The position numbers were made by a program, and so were the translations under genes. Below, piece after piece: positions 1 to 10,661 of a stretch of 64,000 nucleotides of DNA; the stretch's first letter is position 1, and the number at the start of each line of letters is the position of its first letter. The stretch is from positions 97,464,001-97,528,000 of the forward strand of contig OX597824.1 of the NCBI GenBank assembly GCA_951406725.2. The letters are read 5' to 3'. The notes below the pieces were generated by a model. That model ran no database searches and was not told the origin of the DNA. It saw only the letters and a list, made by a program, of their open reading frames with translations. Origin of the DNA: Octopus vulgaris (lineage: Eukaryota).

Positions 1-107
1 TAGTCAAACAAGACAACTGTGTGTTAAAGTTCAGCTCACTTTACGTTAAATACAACTGTCTATATTTGCGAAAGATAATGGCTGCACGGTCAGTTTTTGA
101 ATCGCCA

Positions 108-188
108 TAGCAGCAGCGGCACTAGCAGCAGCGGCACTAGCAGCAGCGGCACTAGCAGCAGCGGCACTAGCAGCAGCAGCAGTAGCAG
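108..188. repeat. 15-bp minisatellite (TAGCAGCAGCGGCAC)x4 decaying into (CAG)n
   Basis: Four exact tandem units at 108, 123, 138 and 153. Confidence 0.9.
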
Positions 189-242
189 TTGTTGTTGTAA
201 TTGATGTTGTTTATGAAAGTAATATTCTTTATGATGATGGAA

Positions 243-471
243 GTCGGCGAGCTGGCAGAAACGTTAGCAGGCCGGGCGAAATGCGTAGCCGTATTTCGTC
301 TGCCGGTACGTTCTGAGTTCAAACTCCGCCGAGGTATATTTTGCCTTTCATCCTTTCGGGGTCGATAAATAAAGTACCAGTTACGCACTGGGGTCGATAT
401 AGTCGACTTAATCCGTCTGTCTGTCCTTGTTTGTTCCCTCTGTGTTTAGCCCCTTGTGGGTAGTAAAGAAA
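243..471 (+). mobile_element. SINE family B (tRNA-derived), full-length copy with target-site duplication
   Basis: Head GGCGAGCTGGCAGAAACGTTAGC (A-box-like), B-box-like GAGTTCAAACTCC, body GCCTTTCATCCTTTCGGGGTCGATAAA. Flanked by a 16-bp direct repeat AATATTCTTTATGATG (221-236 and 474-489). More than 10 other copies in the window. Confidence 0.9.
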
Positions 472-1109
472 CAAATATTCTTTATGATGGTGATGGTGGT
501 GGTGGTGATGTGATGATGATGGTGGTGGTGGTGGTGGTGGTGGTGGTTACGACGATGTCCCTGTACAGCTGTTGTTGTGGCTGCTGCTGTTGCTACCACA
601 AGTAATGGCGATGACCATCAAAGCCACCGCCACGACAATGATGGCGGTGGTGCTGACAGTGGCGTTGTTGACGAGGTTATTTTTTCCAAATTCTTGCTCA
701 GTGAAGCAGAAAATATACACACATATACATATGCGCAGTCACATGATGAATGTTAGCGAACCAAAACTTCGAAGTCACTTTCACCCTTCTAGTAAAAGTT
801 TCTTTGCATCTTCTCTAGCAAAAAGTAATGTACAATCCTTCAGTTTGATGTTAAATTGTTATTTTATAAAACTTGACATACAAACGAACACACACTCACT
901 CACACACACATATATATATATATATACTCACACACACATACAGAGCCATGTAACAATGGGTGTGTGTGTACGCGTGCTGTGTGTGAGTGTGCGTATGTGA
1001 AATCTATATAAGTCTTGAAGTTTATTGTTCTTCGTGCACGAACTGAACTCAGTGATCTGATATGTGAGAGATTAAATGAACTATAACTGTCAGATTCCAG
1101 TATTTCACA

Positions 1110-1110
<1 letters not shown>

Positions 1111-1180
<70 letters not shown>

Positions 1181-1183
1181 CGC
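1111..1183. repeat. (TG)n microsatellite ending in (CG)n
   Basis: Direct read. Confidence 0.95.
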
Positions 1184-1489
1184 GTTCTTGAAGAAACTGT
1201 TATGTGTCATTCCCATTTGGAAACTATGTCTATTCTTATACGACAACCAATGCCGCCAGATTATTTTGTCTTTTGTTTAGAGAACACTCAATGTTCTTAT
1301 TCTTTTTGAAGAAATAAAAAAAAAAAAAAATTTTGTATGTCTTTTGTCAGAGTAAGAAGGGTGACAGAACTGACCTCTCAGAGGGTTTCTAGACTAGACA
1401 TAGAAATGTAGGGGGTTAGCCTCATACTCGGGAGCTGGTCTGATTCCAACAGATTCATCATTATCATAAACCCGCTAGACCTTACTGTT

Positions 1490-1705
1490 TCGTAATTCGG
1501 GGACAGTAAGGTCGAGGGTCGTTTCCCCAGTGTCCATGGTATCTAAGCGACCGTGATCCCAACACCCGACTGAACGGGAGGCCAGTTCGTCGCATGGGTT
1601 GTTTATTTACAACTGAGTGGATTAGTGCAAGAAGAAACGAAATGTTTGGCTCAAGGATACAACACATCGCTCGGTCGATGAATGGAAACCACTCTCTAAC
1701 CATCG
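1490..1705 (-). mobile_element. SINE family C, degenerate
   Basis: CTGAGTGGA...GAAATGTTTGGCTCAAGGATACAAC matches the copy at 32945-33092 and the reverse complement of 35226-35480. Confidence 0.5.
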
Positions 1706-3124
1706 TTACTGCAAATCCCTAACCTCAAATCCATGTAATTTCTAATCCATTTCGTTGGAATCTACTAAACATACCCACGGACCGTTTTACAAGTTTAGTG
1801 TCCACGAACGATCCTGCTGACACCTGACACTTCTCTACACTACTTTCCATCAATTAAATTTCATTCAGTTTCACTTAAAAGATTCTAGTCAACTGGAAAT
1901 TTGGTCGAATATATTTTCCGATGATGCCGCTCACTGGGATCGAACTCACAACCACGTTATTTTAGTGGTGACTTAGGTCTAAATAACAACAGTATGAATT
2001 CCGGGGTTATTCTCAAAGGATCTGATCTGAGAAGGCGTTTCCCATCATTTCAGAATCTACGAATGATAAATTGATTGACAGTGTTTCTCGATTTTGTACA
2101 CTGAAGTGTTCCATGAAGAAGATCCCGGGAATATAACCAAAATACTAACAGAAACGATGAACATATTGAACTATTTACGACTTGGGAACTGGAGGTCATT
2201 GTCACGTGACACAAATAATTAATTGCAAAAGCGTAGATTTACTCCTTTGATAATATTTTACGTTCCAAATTATGAGTTGTAACTGTATATTTTTGGAAGA
2301 ACCAAATATAGCATTCGTCACGTGCTTGAATACTAAAAGTCAAAACACAAGGCCTTACTGTGTTAGTGGTGGTGGTGGTGGTGGTGGTGGTGGTGGTGCG
2401 TGCGGTGGCGGTGCTTAACCAAAGCCATCATTTTCCGAGATAATGGGAAACAAATTTAGATTTAATGGAACTTCTGATCTTGTCACGGATAAGAAACAAT
2501 GGAGAAAAGGGATTAGCCATTATGGGATGTGTATTTCTGAAGGCGTGGACTTTAAAGAAACGGGAAAAGATATCGAAGGAATAAATCAAAATTTGTCGCA
2601 CAATTGCCTGGAATTTGAAATATTTACTTATAAATATATTATTAAATTCTTTGAAATAGCGAATGCTGTAGAAAAGAAGCACATTGTTTGGGAATCACAA
2701 CTTCATATTTTAACCATTCATGAAAATATTTTCTCTACACACACACATCCGTACCTACATACATGAACATACACGGACATACATACAAGCATGCACACAC
2801 ACACAAATATGCATGGGTACGACTAAATTGAGAGAGTATGCACGTACGAAATTCCCACAAGTCTGTGGGAAATTCGAACACAGCAAGATTAACAAATTAA
2901 CGGCGATCTCTAATTACCGGTTAACAACCAGCATTCTTAAATTAATTCTCAAATGTATTCCATTTTAACCCAGGGTTGTAGGGATACAAAACAAGGCTTT
3001 TATTTCTCTTAGTTAACTCACTTGTTACACTTTATTCTCCTTTTTGCTTCATTACGGAAAATTCCGGAATTTTCCAATCTATACTTAGTCTTAGATGTAA
3101 AAATCGTTTTTGTTTTTTTACGTC

Positions 3125-3281
3125 GACCGCAGTGCACAACTGGTACTTATTTTATCGCTTCCGAAAGAATGAATGACAAAGTCTACCGCTGCGACATTTG
3201 AACTCGGAACATAAAAAGCCAGAATAAGGTGCCACTAAGCATTTTGTCCGGTGCTCTAACGATTCTGCCTGCTAGCTACCT
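3125..3281 (-). mobile_element. SINE family B, diverged
   Basis: CTGGTACTTATTTTATCG...ATTTGAACTC...CTAACGATTCTGCC is the reverse complement of the family-B body and head. Confidence 0.75.
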
Positions 3282-4096
3282 CAGTCTGGTGTAATAATGT
3301 TTGTACAACGGGTGGCGATGAAAAGCTGAAGACGATCGCTCGAAGCTCTATTTATAGTAAAACCGTTCAACGCGACATGAGTCACTATCCCAGTAATATA
3401 TTCAAATTGTCTATAACGAATCTCATCATATAAAACATACATAAACTATTTTATCGTCAATGCATTTAATATGCAGAATGTCGAAAGCAAATAGACTCGC
3501 CTTGCAACGAAAAACGATTTAGGAATGTTTCGATTGGTCACACTTTTGATTTTTACTTCAGAACTCGAGCAATTATGACACTGAATTTCTCCTTTTCTTC
3601 TTCTTCTTCTTTTGAAAACATTTGTTGTCAGACAAAGAAGAAAAGAGTAAGAATGATAAAGATGGAGAGATTAAGAATGATGAAAATGATAAATCTATAA
3701 TCTCCATTTATCAAACTCTCGGTAAATAAAGCTTTTTTGCAAGGATGTCACGAATATATAAATATAAACTCAGATTCTTGTGAACTCAAGATATTTCTTA
3801 AGATACTGAAAAGACAAAAAACGATGAAAGAGTTTCCACTGAAAACTCAAGACAACAAAATAATGGCTTAACTCAGTCGATATTGGCACAATTAGATTTA
3901 CCAAAGTGATTTGGTTACGAAATTAGACTGAAAGATGATTATAGTGAATGAGATAAACTTGGCTTGTCTACAGCATTAACAAATCCCTTAGTGAAGTGTT
4001 AAGAGATAATCTTCACTTTTAAAATCTGCTCCCAGAGCATGTAAAAGTTCTTATTAACAGGCCAAGGACATTAATGTCGTCCACAGAGCAAATGCA

Positions 4097-4134
<38 letters not shown>

Positions 4135-4394
4135 GAGAGGTAGATAGCTAGACAGACAGACTTAGAAGTAGATAGATAGATAGATAGATAGGTATGTAGA
4201 TAGACAGATAGATAGATAAAATATTGTGTGAAGGCGACTATATATTCTGTATACAAACAGTAATTGGGAACCGAGCGTACTGGAGCATTTTGGAATTAAA
4301 ATTTCCTATCTACTAACACGCCTTTTACCCTCATCAAGTCTCTGTTATGCATTCCAATACATTCTATGATACTCATATGCATTTTATTTCTTGC

Positions 4395-4770
4395 ATAGAA
4401 AGAAGTATAATGGGGAAACGCCGTGAGGAGGAGGAGGAGGATATGTTGTAACTGAATAAACCAGGGCAGTTAAGACAAGTTCAGTTAAGACAAGTTAAAA
4501 GGAGTTAACAGTTCTTAAGAACAAAACAAGGGAAAATGTTGAAACAGTGTGAAAAATTAGAAGAGTGAAATGTGTTCTATAGCTAAATAAACTTCATAGG
4601 CTTAAAAATTACTCAAAGGAAAGGTTTCTGTATAAGAATTCATAGAATTTCAAAAATACTTTAAAATTCTCAAAGAATATCGAAAACTTTTGTAGGTTTC
4701 AGAGTGATGAAGTTATAAAATTTCAAATTTTTTGAAGATTCAAAGATTTAAAATTTTTACGTAGATGGAT
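4395..4770 (+). repeat. Left arm of a diverged ~380-bp inverted repeat (unclassified element)
   Basis: AGTGATGAAGTTATAAAATTTCAA and AAGAGTGAAATGTG...CTCAAAGGAAAGGTTTCTG are reverse-complementary to blocks in 5283-5670. Confidence 0.75.
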
Positions 4771-4816
4771 AGGTCGATAGAGAGAAGTATACATATATAT
4801 ATATATATATATATAT

Positions 4817-5047
4817 TGTTATATTTCGGAATGGTCATTTTGCCAGTTTAGCCAATAAAAACACACGCACTATATATTTGGTGTTACTTTGCTTCAGTGT
4901 TATTTATATTTTACATTAATCTTAATCTTATTTCGGCCAGAGTTCTTTCGTCACACTCCTGTGACCGCATCAGTGGTCCTTTGTATTCTTCTTTCTTATT
5001 GGTGTCTCTCCTTACTAACCGTCAGCCATTTTGTATTTCTATAACAA
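4817..5047 (-). mobile_element. (TA)n-embedded short element carrying a hammerhead motif (Penelope-pLTR/retrozyme-like)
   Basis: Unique 230 bp between two (TA)n runs, ends TTGTTATA...TATAACAA, contains the HHR fold at 4935-4978. Confidence 0.6.
4935..4978 (-). ncRNA. Putative type-I minimal hammerhead ribozyme
   Basis: Minus strand: GACCA-CUGAUGC-G-GUCAC(AGGAGU)GUGAC-GAAA-G(AA)C-UC-UGGCC. Helix I CCA/UGG, 5-bp helix II, CUC cleavage triplet; A9 is replaced by C. Confidence 0.65.
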
Positions 5048-5057
5048 ATATATAAAC

Positions 5058-5106
<49 letters not shown>

Positions 5107-5176
5107 GAAAGAGAGGGGGTAGATAGCTAGATAGACAGAAGTAGATACATAGATAGGTATGTAGACAGACAGACAA

Positions 5177-5233
<57 letters not shown>

Positions 5234-5282
5234 CTTGTGCGAGTGGCGTGTAATCTGTGGATATCCTTCGTTGCTAGTTTAT

Positions 5283-5670
5283 ATCCATCTATATATATAC
5301 TTTAAAACTTTAAAACCTTAATAACTTGGAATTTTATAACTTCATCACTTCAAAATTTTTCGAGATCTTGAAGAATATTGGAGAATTTTGGAGATTTTAT
5401 GAATTTCAGAAACATCTCCTTCGAGTATTTTTTTTAAGCTTCTGAAATTTATTGAGCTGTAAAATATATTTCACTCTTTTACATTTTCACACTTGTTCGC
5501 TTTTTAGTTTTTTCCAATTTTTTCCCTTTTTCACTTCTCACCTTCTCTTGTTCTTAAGTACTTTTAACTTTACTTCCCCTGATTTATTTATTTACACTAT
5601 TTAGCCCTCCACCTTTACCGTCCAAAACCTTCTCCTACTGACTATGTTACACTATTACCTTTCTTTCTAT
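5283..5670 (-). repeat. Right arm of a diverged ~380-bp inverted repeat
   Basis: TTGGAATTTTATAACTTCATCACT and CAGAAACATCTCCTTCGAGTA...TTTCACTCTT pair with 4395-4770. Confidence 0.75.
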
Positions 5671-7204
5671 ACTATACCATAACCATGTTGCCAGAGATGC
5701 ACCTTCACATTATTTATGTTCTGTCTCACATAATAATCAAATTGTTGCAGTGAATATTTTAACTAAATATTTCATTTTTTTTCTCTCGTCTTCCTTTTGC
5801 ATTTAATAACTAAAAAACGTGTGTATAAATAAATATTAACAAAGTTGCCAACACTTCCTCTGTGATACCCTGTAGTAGAGAAAATTTGTATTTCCCCCTG
5901 TTTGTTTCGAACAGTTATTGATGTGTTGTTCACTGCCTACCAAATCATAGAACAACGGTGTCCAGCATGGTGCTACATTGTTAACTTTTAGATATTTCTA
6001 CATTTTTGGTAGAAGTTTATTCGTTAGCTGGGAGTAAAACTGAAACGTCAATTGGATGCAGATACACAAGAAACATCAAATTTTAACCCAAAATGCATTT
6101 CTTGGTATCATGTCATCAAAGCTGAAGTTGTTTTAACCAGCAGCGGAAATGGTGTGAAAGTGTATTCCATTACCGTTGATGGCATCTCAGACGTCAGATT
6201 TATTGAACAAGTAGCGATATACCTCAGATCTATCCCGAAAGAAGAATTCAATGTGTTTTATATCGCAATATCATGCAACACATTCTCCTGAAAAGGGTGG
6301 CTTAAAATATACTCGAAAAGTTGTATCTTGAATGAGCCAAAATGTTTTAATGGCGCAGCAAATGTAAGTTGGTCTTTTCTTAGGATTTTTGCAACAAGAA
6401 TATATGAAAGTTCTTCAAAAGCCCGATTGACTTCCAGTTACCATATATAGTTATTGTTAATGTAAATCTTGCTTTCCAAGATACATTTATAAATTCTGGG
6501 CCACTTCTCAATGCTTTAAACGCTATACAGAAACCTAACCAGCATTTTAGAAGCCAGTCACGGATGTTGTGTAAACTTCGAAAGCATCGCGACCGATGCA
6601 ACACAAATATCATGGAGACATGTCAAAGCGCAAGAAGATGGTAAGAAGTAAAAACCGTAATGGAGCGATTCCCTCCTATTTTAAAGGTAGGACTTTACAA
6701 ATGATCGAAACCGAAACTGACAGGTACGGATTGCAATGAATTATTGAATGGAATATGTAATTTTAATTTCATAATTTGATGATTTCATCGAAAGTAAAAT
6801 CGTGAAACAAAATGAGACTCAAAGAAAATCTTCCAAGGAAGCGGAATGAATGTTAGACTAGAAAAGCTAGAACCACCAGAAATCCCTTACAAACTGCAGA
6901 GATGAAAATAATTTTGAAAAGAGTTTGGAAAATTAGATAAAATCAAATATATTGTGCAGAACCTTAGCTAAGCTACAGAATTCTCATTTCAGAAAGCAAG
7001 AACTCCTGAGAAGAAATGGTATCCCATTGATTGTAATCCTTGGAGGAGAATCAGCAACGAAAGTGCTTCTGGATTGAACTATCGACGACGTCAATCACAT
7101 GTCTTCCCTGTATTTCATTTCGGATAAAATGTATCGAGGAAACTGAATCACTAATTAATGGTAGTGATCAAGTCATTCTTGGTGATTTCAGCCAAATTAT
7201 CTTC

Positions 7205-7584
7205 GCAGGAGTGGCTGTGTGGTAAATAGCTTGCTTACCAACCACATGGTTCCAGGTTCAGTCCCACTGCGTGGCACCTTGGGCAAGTGTCTTCTGCTAT
7301 AGCCTCGGGCCGACCAAAGCCTTGTGAGTGGATTTGGTAGACGAAAACTGAAAGAAGCCCGTCGTATATATGTATATGTATGTTTGTGTATCTGTGTTTG
7401 TCCCTCCAACATCACTTGACAACCGATGCTAGTGTGTTTCCGTCCCCCGTAATTTAGCGGTTCGGCAAAGAGAACGATAGAATAAGTACTAGGCTTACAA
7501 GAAATAGATCCTGGGGTCGATTTGCTCGACTAAAGGCAGTGCTCCAGCATGGCCGCAGTCAAATGACTGAAACAAGTAAAGAGT
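7205..7584 (+). mobile_element. SINE family A (tRNA-derived), full length
   Basis: Head GCAGGAGTGGCTGTGTGGTAA, B-box-like GGTTCAGTCCC, conserved body GGCACCTTGGGCAAGTGTCTTC...GTGAGTGGATTTGGTAGACG...GAAAGAAGCCCGTCG, internal TA/TG tract, 3' end ATGACTGAAACAAGTAAAGAGT. More than 12 copies in the window. Confidence 0.92.
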
Positions 7585-8581
7585 CATGATTAAGATGAGA
7601 ATTATCACAAATTACGTCGTACTAATCCGTATTTCCTCAGGCCCAAACGGTAACCATCGCTAAAGTATTTGCAGATCATGGTTATTCTTCAGGTTAGCAG
7701 ATAGCTGCAACTGCTACTTTGAAAAATAATGAAGAAAATGTTCATGGGTTACTGCCAGTCTCACTAAAATCACTAGTACCTTGGTAACCATTTTTACTAT
7801 TCTACTGTATTCAGTAGAGCACCCCTTCCGTTGCCTCAGATGAATGCAGACATATTTGTTAAATACATTGGCTGGAACAGCATGGCAGTACGAAATATTG
7901 AGCGGAAGCATGCCATTATGTTGACCAAATAATTTATAATGTTTGCTGTTAGGAAACGCAGAAAACAATATTTCTTTTAAGCTTCATTTTGTATGATTTA
8001 TATTAACTTTGTGTCGTTGATTGATAAAAGGACTTTTTATTACAAAATAGCATTTTATTAGAAAATAGCTTTTTAGGACTGGCAATTTCCAACAAAGCTA
8101 CTTCTTTTAAGCAAAGCGCTAATATGTACATGTGTGCACGTATATATGTCTCTATACTTGCATTTATGTATGTATGTATGTATATATGATTGTTTGTATA
8201 CGTATCCCACGAACACACACACACACACACCACACGTATGAATGTGTGTGTGTGTGTGTGTAAAATGAATAAATAGTTAAACGTCAAGAAATGCATTGAG
8301 GTGAAACACTGCTGACTACAATGAAGCAGAGGGAGATGAATCATACTCGGTTCTGAGATTTCGACCTTCTCTCTTCAGAGTTTCTGTGTCTCTTCCTCGG
8401 GACTCGTCTGACAAACGGCAACGAGAAACCCTGACCATCGATTAGGGTTTTATGAGATTTTAGTCCTAAATATGCACATGAACACGCTCACAGGAACATG
8501 TACATATACACATATACGTGTTTGTGTGTGTGTGTACTTAAGCGTGCGAGTGCTTGTGCGAGATACAATATACAGACATAT

Positions 8582-8638
<57 letters not shown>

Positions 8639-8706
8639 CACACACTGGTAGATTGGCTGATACAAAATAGATAAACAGAGAGACAGACAGATAGATAGAT
8701 CGATAA

Positions 8707-8787
<81 letters not shown>

Positions 8788-9398
8788 CCTAAGAGTAAGC
8801 AGCAGAGAACTGAAAGCTCAATTCTTAAAACTATAATCAAAATGTATAATTAATTAGAAGCGACAACTTTATTGATCATAGTTTCTCATATTTATACACT
8901 CTTCGGGTATATAAATATATATATATATGCGTGGGTGGGTGCAGTGTGTATGTGTGCCTGTAGAGATTAAGAAATATGGCTTTGGTTGTACTACCATTCA
9001 GGGGAAAACATGATGTTCAATGTATCCATATAATTTTCGTGTTGAGCAATTCTTTTGATTCCAAGGTTCCACTCCGCTGCGATTCCAATGTTACAACAAC
9101 GCCAGAATAAATTGATGTTACGCTCTTTCGTTTAGCGTATCCAGCTCTTTCTTTGTTTCTTTATTTAATCATTCATTTATTCATTTAGCCATTCATTCAT
9201 TTTTCAAGTATCAAGACGCAATCTGTTTCTGTTTCACATATTCTAAATAAACGAAACTTAAATCGATAAAACGCTGAAGCAAGCTTTCCATAATGTTTAG
9301 TTTTTATACTTTTTACTGAATTCACTTACGACACACTGCAGAGATGCTGCGGCACAATATAATGTTCTGGTACTTACACTATCATTAATATACGCATA

Positions 9399-9431
<33 letters not shown>

Positions 9432-9434
<3 letters not shown>

Positions 9435-9631
9435 ACCTCGTGAGTACCGCTGGCGATTTTTTTCCTCTGTCTTCCCTTCTCGGGATCTTTCCTTCTCCTA
9501 TGTTTCCGACGAAGAGCTCCGCTCGAAACGTTAAACCCTCCTTCTTCCCTTCTTTCCTGAGCGTCCAATAATACTTTATTTGTTCCACGTCCTCGCGTTG
9601 TTGTGTTTTTTTTGTTTTTTTGTTTAGATTA

Positions 9632-9636
<5 letters not shown>
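9432..9636 (+). mobile_element. (TA)n-embedded ~200-bp HHR-bearing element (family shared with 21835-22008 and 54296-54490)
   Basis: Flanked by (TA)n on both sides. GAAGAGC...GCTCGAAACGT...TTCCYGAGCGT...TAATAC... followed by a T-rich 3' end is shared with the other two copies. Confidence 0.7.
9502..9536 (+). ncRNA. Putative type-I minimal hammerhead ribozyme
   Basis: GUUU-CCGACGA-A-GAGC(UCC)GCUC-GAAA-CG-UU-AAAC. 4-bp helix I, 4-bp helix II, loopless palindromic ACGU helix III (dimer type), GUU triplet, U4C variant core. Confidence 0.72.
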
Positions 9637-9693
<57 letters not shown>

Positions 9694-9723
9694 AAATATG
9701 GGGGTTTAGTTCAAAGGTGATCT

Positions 9724-9831
9724 AAACGACTAGGTTCGCTAGGTAAGTGCTGTAACGGATTACTAGGGCTCCAAGGTTATAACCGAGGCGGTAGTTATGG
9801 AGCCACTGTAGATTTCCGATGCAGCAGATAT
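9724..9831 (-). ncRNA. Degenerate hammerhead-like fold with very long helix II
   Basis: Minus strand: AUAU-CUGCUGC-[CGGA..GGCUCCA..UGGAGCC..UCCG]...GAACC-UA-GUC-GUUU. The core has several mismatches. Confidence 0.35.
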
Positions 9832-9916
9832 ATAATTGTTAAAGAGGACAACAAACGTTAAGGCAAGGCAAACATCTCAAGTCGTATACTTTATTATTAT
9901 TGGAAAAAAATTCGAA

Positions 9917-9955
9917 GTCTTACAGCTGTTTCTGGGATATTCCGTCATCGGACAC
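9917..9955 (-). ncRNA. Putative hammerhead ribozyme, left arm of H1
   Basis: Minus strand: GUGU-CCGAUGA-C-GGA(AUA)UCC-CA-GAAAC(AGCU)GUA-AGAC. Helix I has one mismatch. Confidence 0.55.
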
Positions 9956-10065
9956 AAATAGAGAAAAGGAGAAGGGTATGGCTTAATGAAATTAATCCCA
10001 TTCCTATACTCCTGTCCTCTATGTCGTCATTTTATTAATCTATACCCTTCTCATTTTCCATATTT

Positions 10066-10121
10066 GTCTCCGATGGCGGAATATCCCATACTCTGGGATG
10101 TCCCAGAAACAGCTGTAAGAC
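10066..10121 (+). ncRNA. Putative hammerhead ribozyme, right arm of H1
   Basis: GUCU-CCGAUGG-CGGA-AUAUCCCA(UACUC)UGGGAUGU-CCCA-GAAAC(AGCU)GUA-AGAC. Helix I GUCU/AGAC, 8-bp helix II, palindromic helix III. Confidence 0.6.
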
Positions 10122-10199
10122 TGGATTTTTTTCTAATAATGATAATATATATGACTTGCGATATTTGCCTTGCCTTCCTGTTAGTTGTCCTCTTTAACA

Positions 10200-10276
<77 letters not shown>

Positions 10277-10372
10277 CATTAAATAATTTGGAAAAATGAA
10301 TTTCGAAATCAGTCAGGTACAACTCTTTAGCATTACATGCATCTGCACATCGTACAGTGGGGTCTTTTTTAT

Positions 10373-10427
<55 letters not shown>

Positions 10428-10589
10428 CAAACAATAATAAAAAATAACATAATGAGTAAATCCTTTGAAGTATTATTTCGTGATGTGCAAATAGATAGCA
10501 CGTGTTTACCTTCAGATATACTCATTAGGTAATTGTTTGTATTATCTGAAATAATAGAATACCCGCATATCTATTATCCCTAAAACGTA

Positions 10590-10661
<72 letters not shown>

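Larger units (their letters stand above)
9833..10203. mobile_element. Fold-back (palindromic) element H1 with a hammerhead motif in each arm
   Basis: Arms ~9833-9993 and ~10029-10203 are reverse complements (TAATTGTTAAAGAGGACAAC / GTTGTCCTCTTTAACAATTA), bordered by TA and (CA)n(TA)n. Confidence 0.85.

Noticed and set aside
2443-2766. 107-aa ORF with a non-repetitive N-terminus
   Set aside because: No recognisable domain, it runs into a CA repeat, and there is no splice or expression evidence.
7205-7280. tRNA-like A/B boxes in SINE heads
   Set aside because: No full cloverleaf, and each continues into a multicopy SINE body.
8350-8385. Minus-strand CUGAAGA..GAAA..UC hammerhead-like string
   Set aside because: Helices I and II are only 2 bp and helix III is not formed; compatible with chance.
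10105-10117. GAAACAGCT similarity to the M13 reverse primer/lacZ vector sequence
   Set aside because: Only 9 bp match, no flanking vector sequence, and the motif recurs within genomic palindromes.
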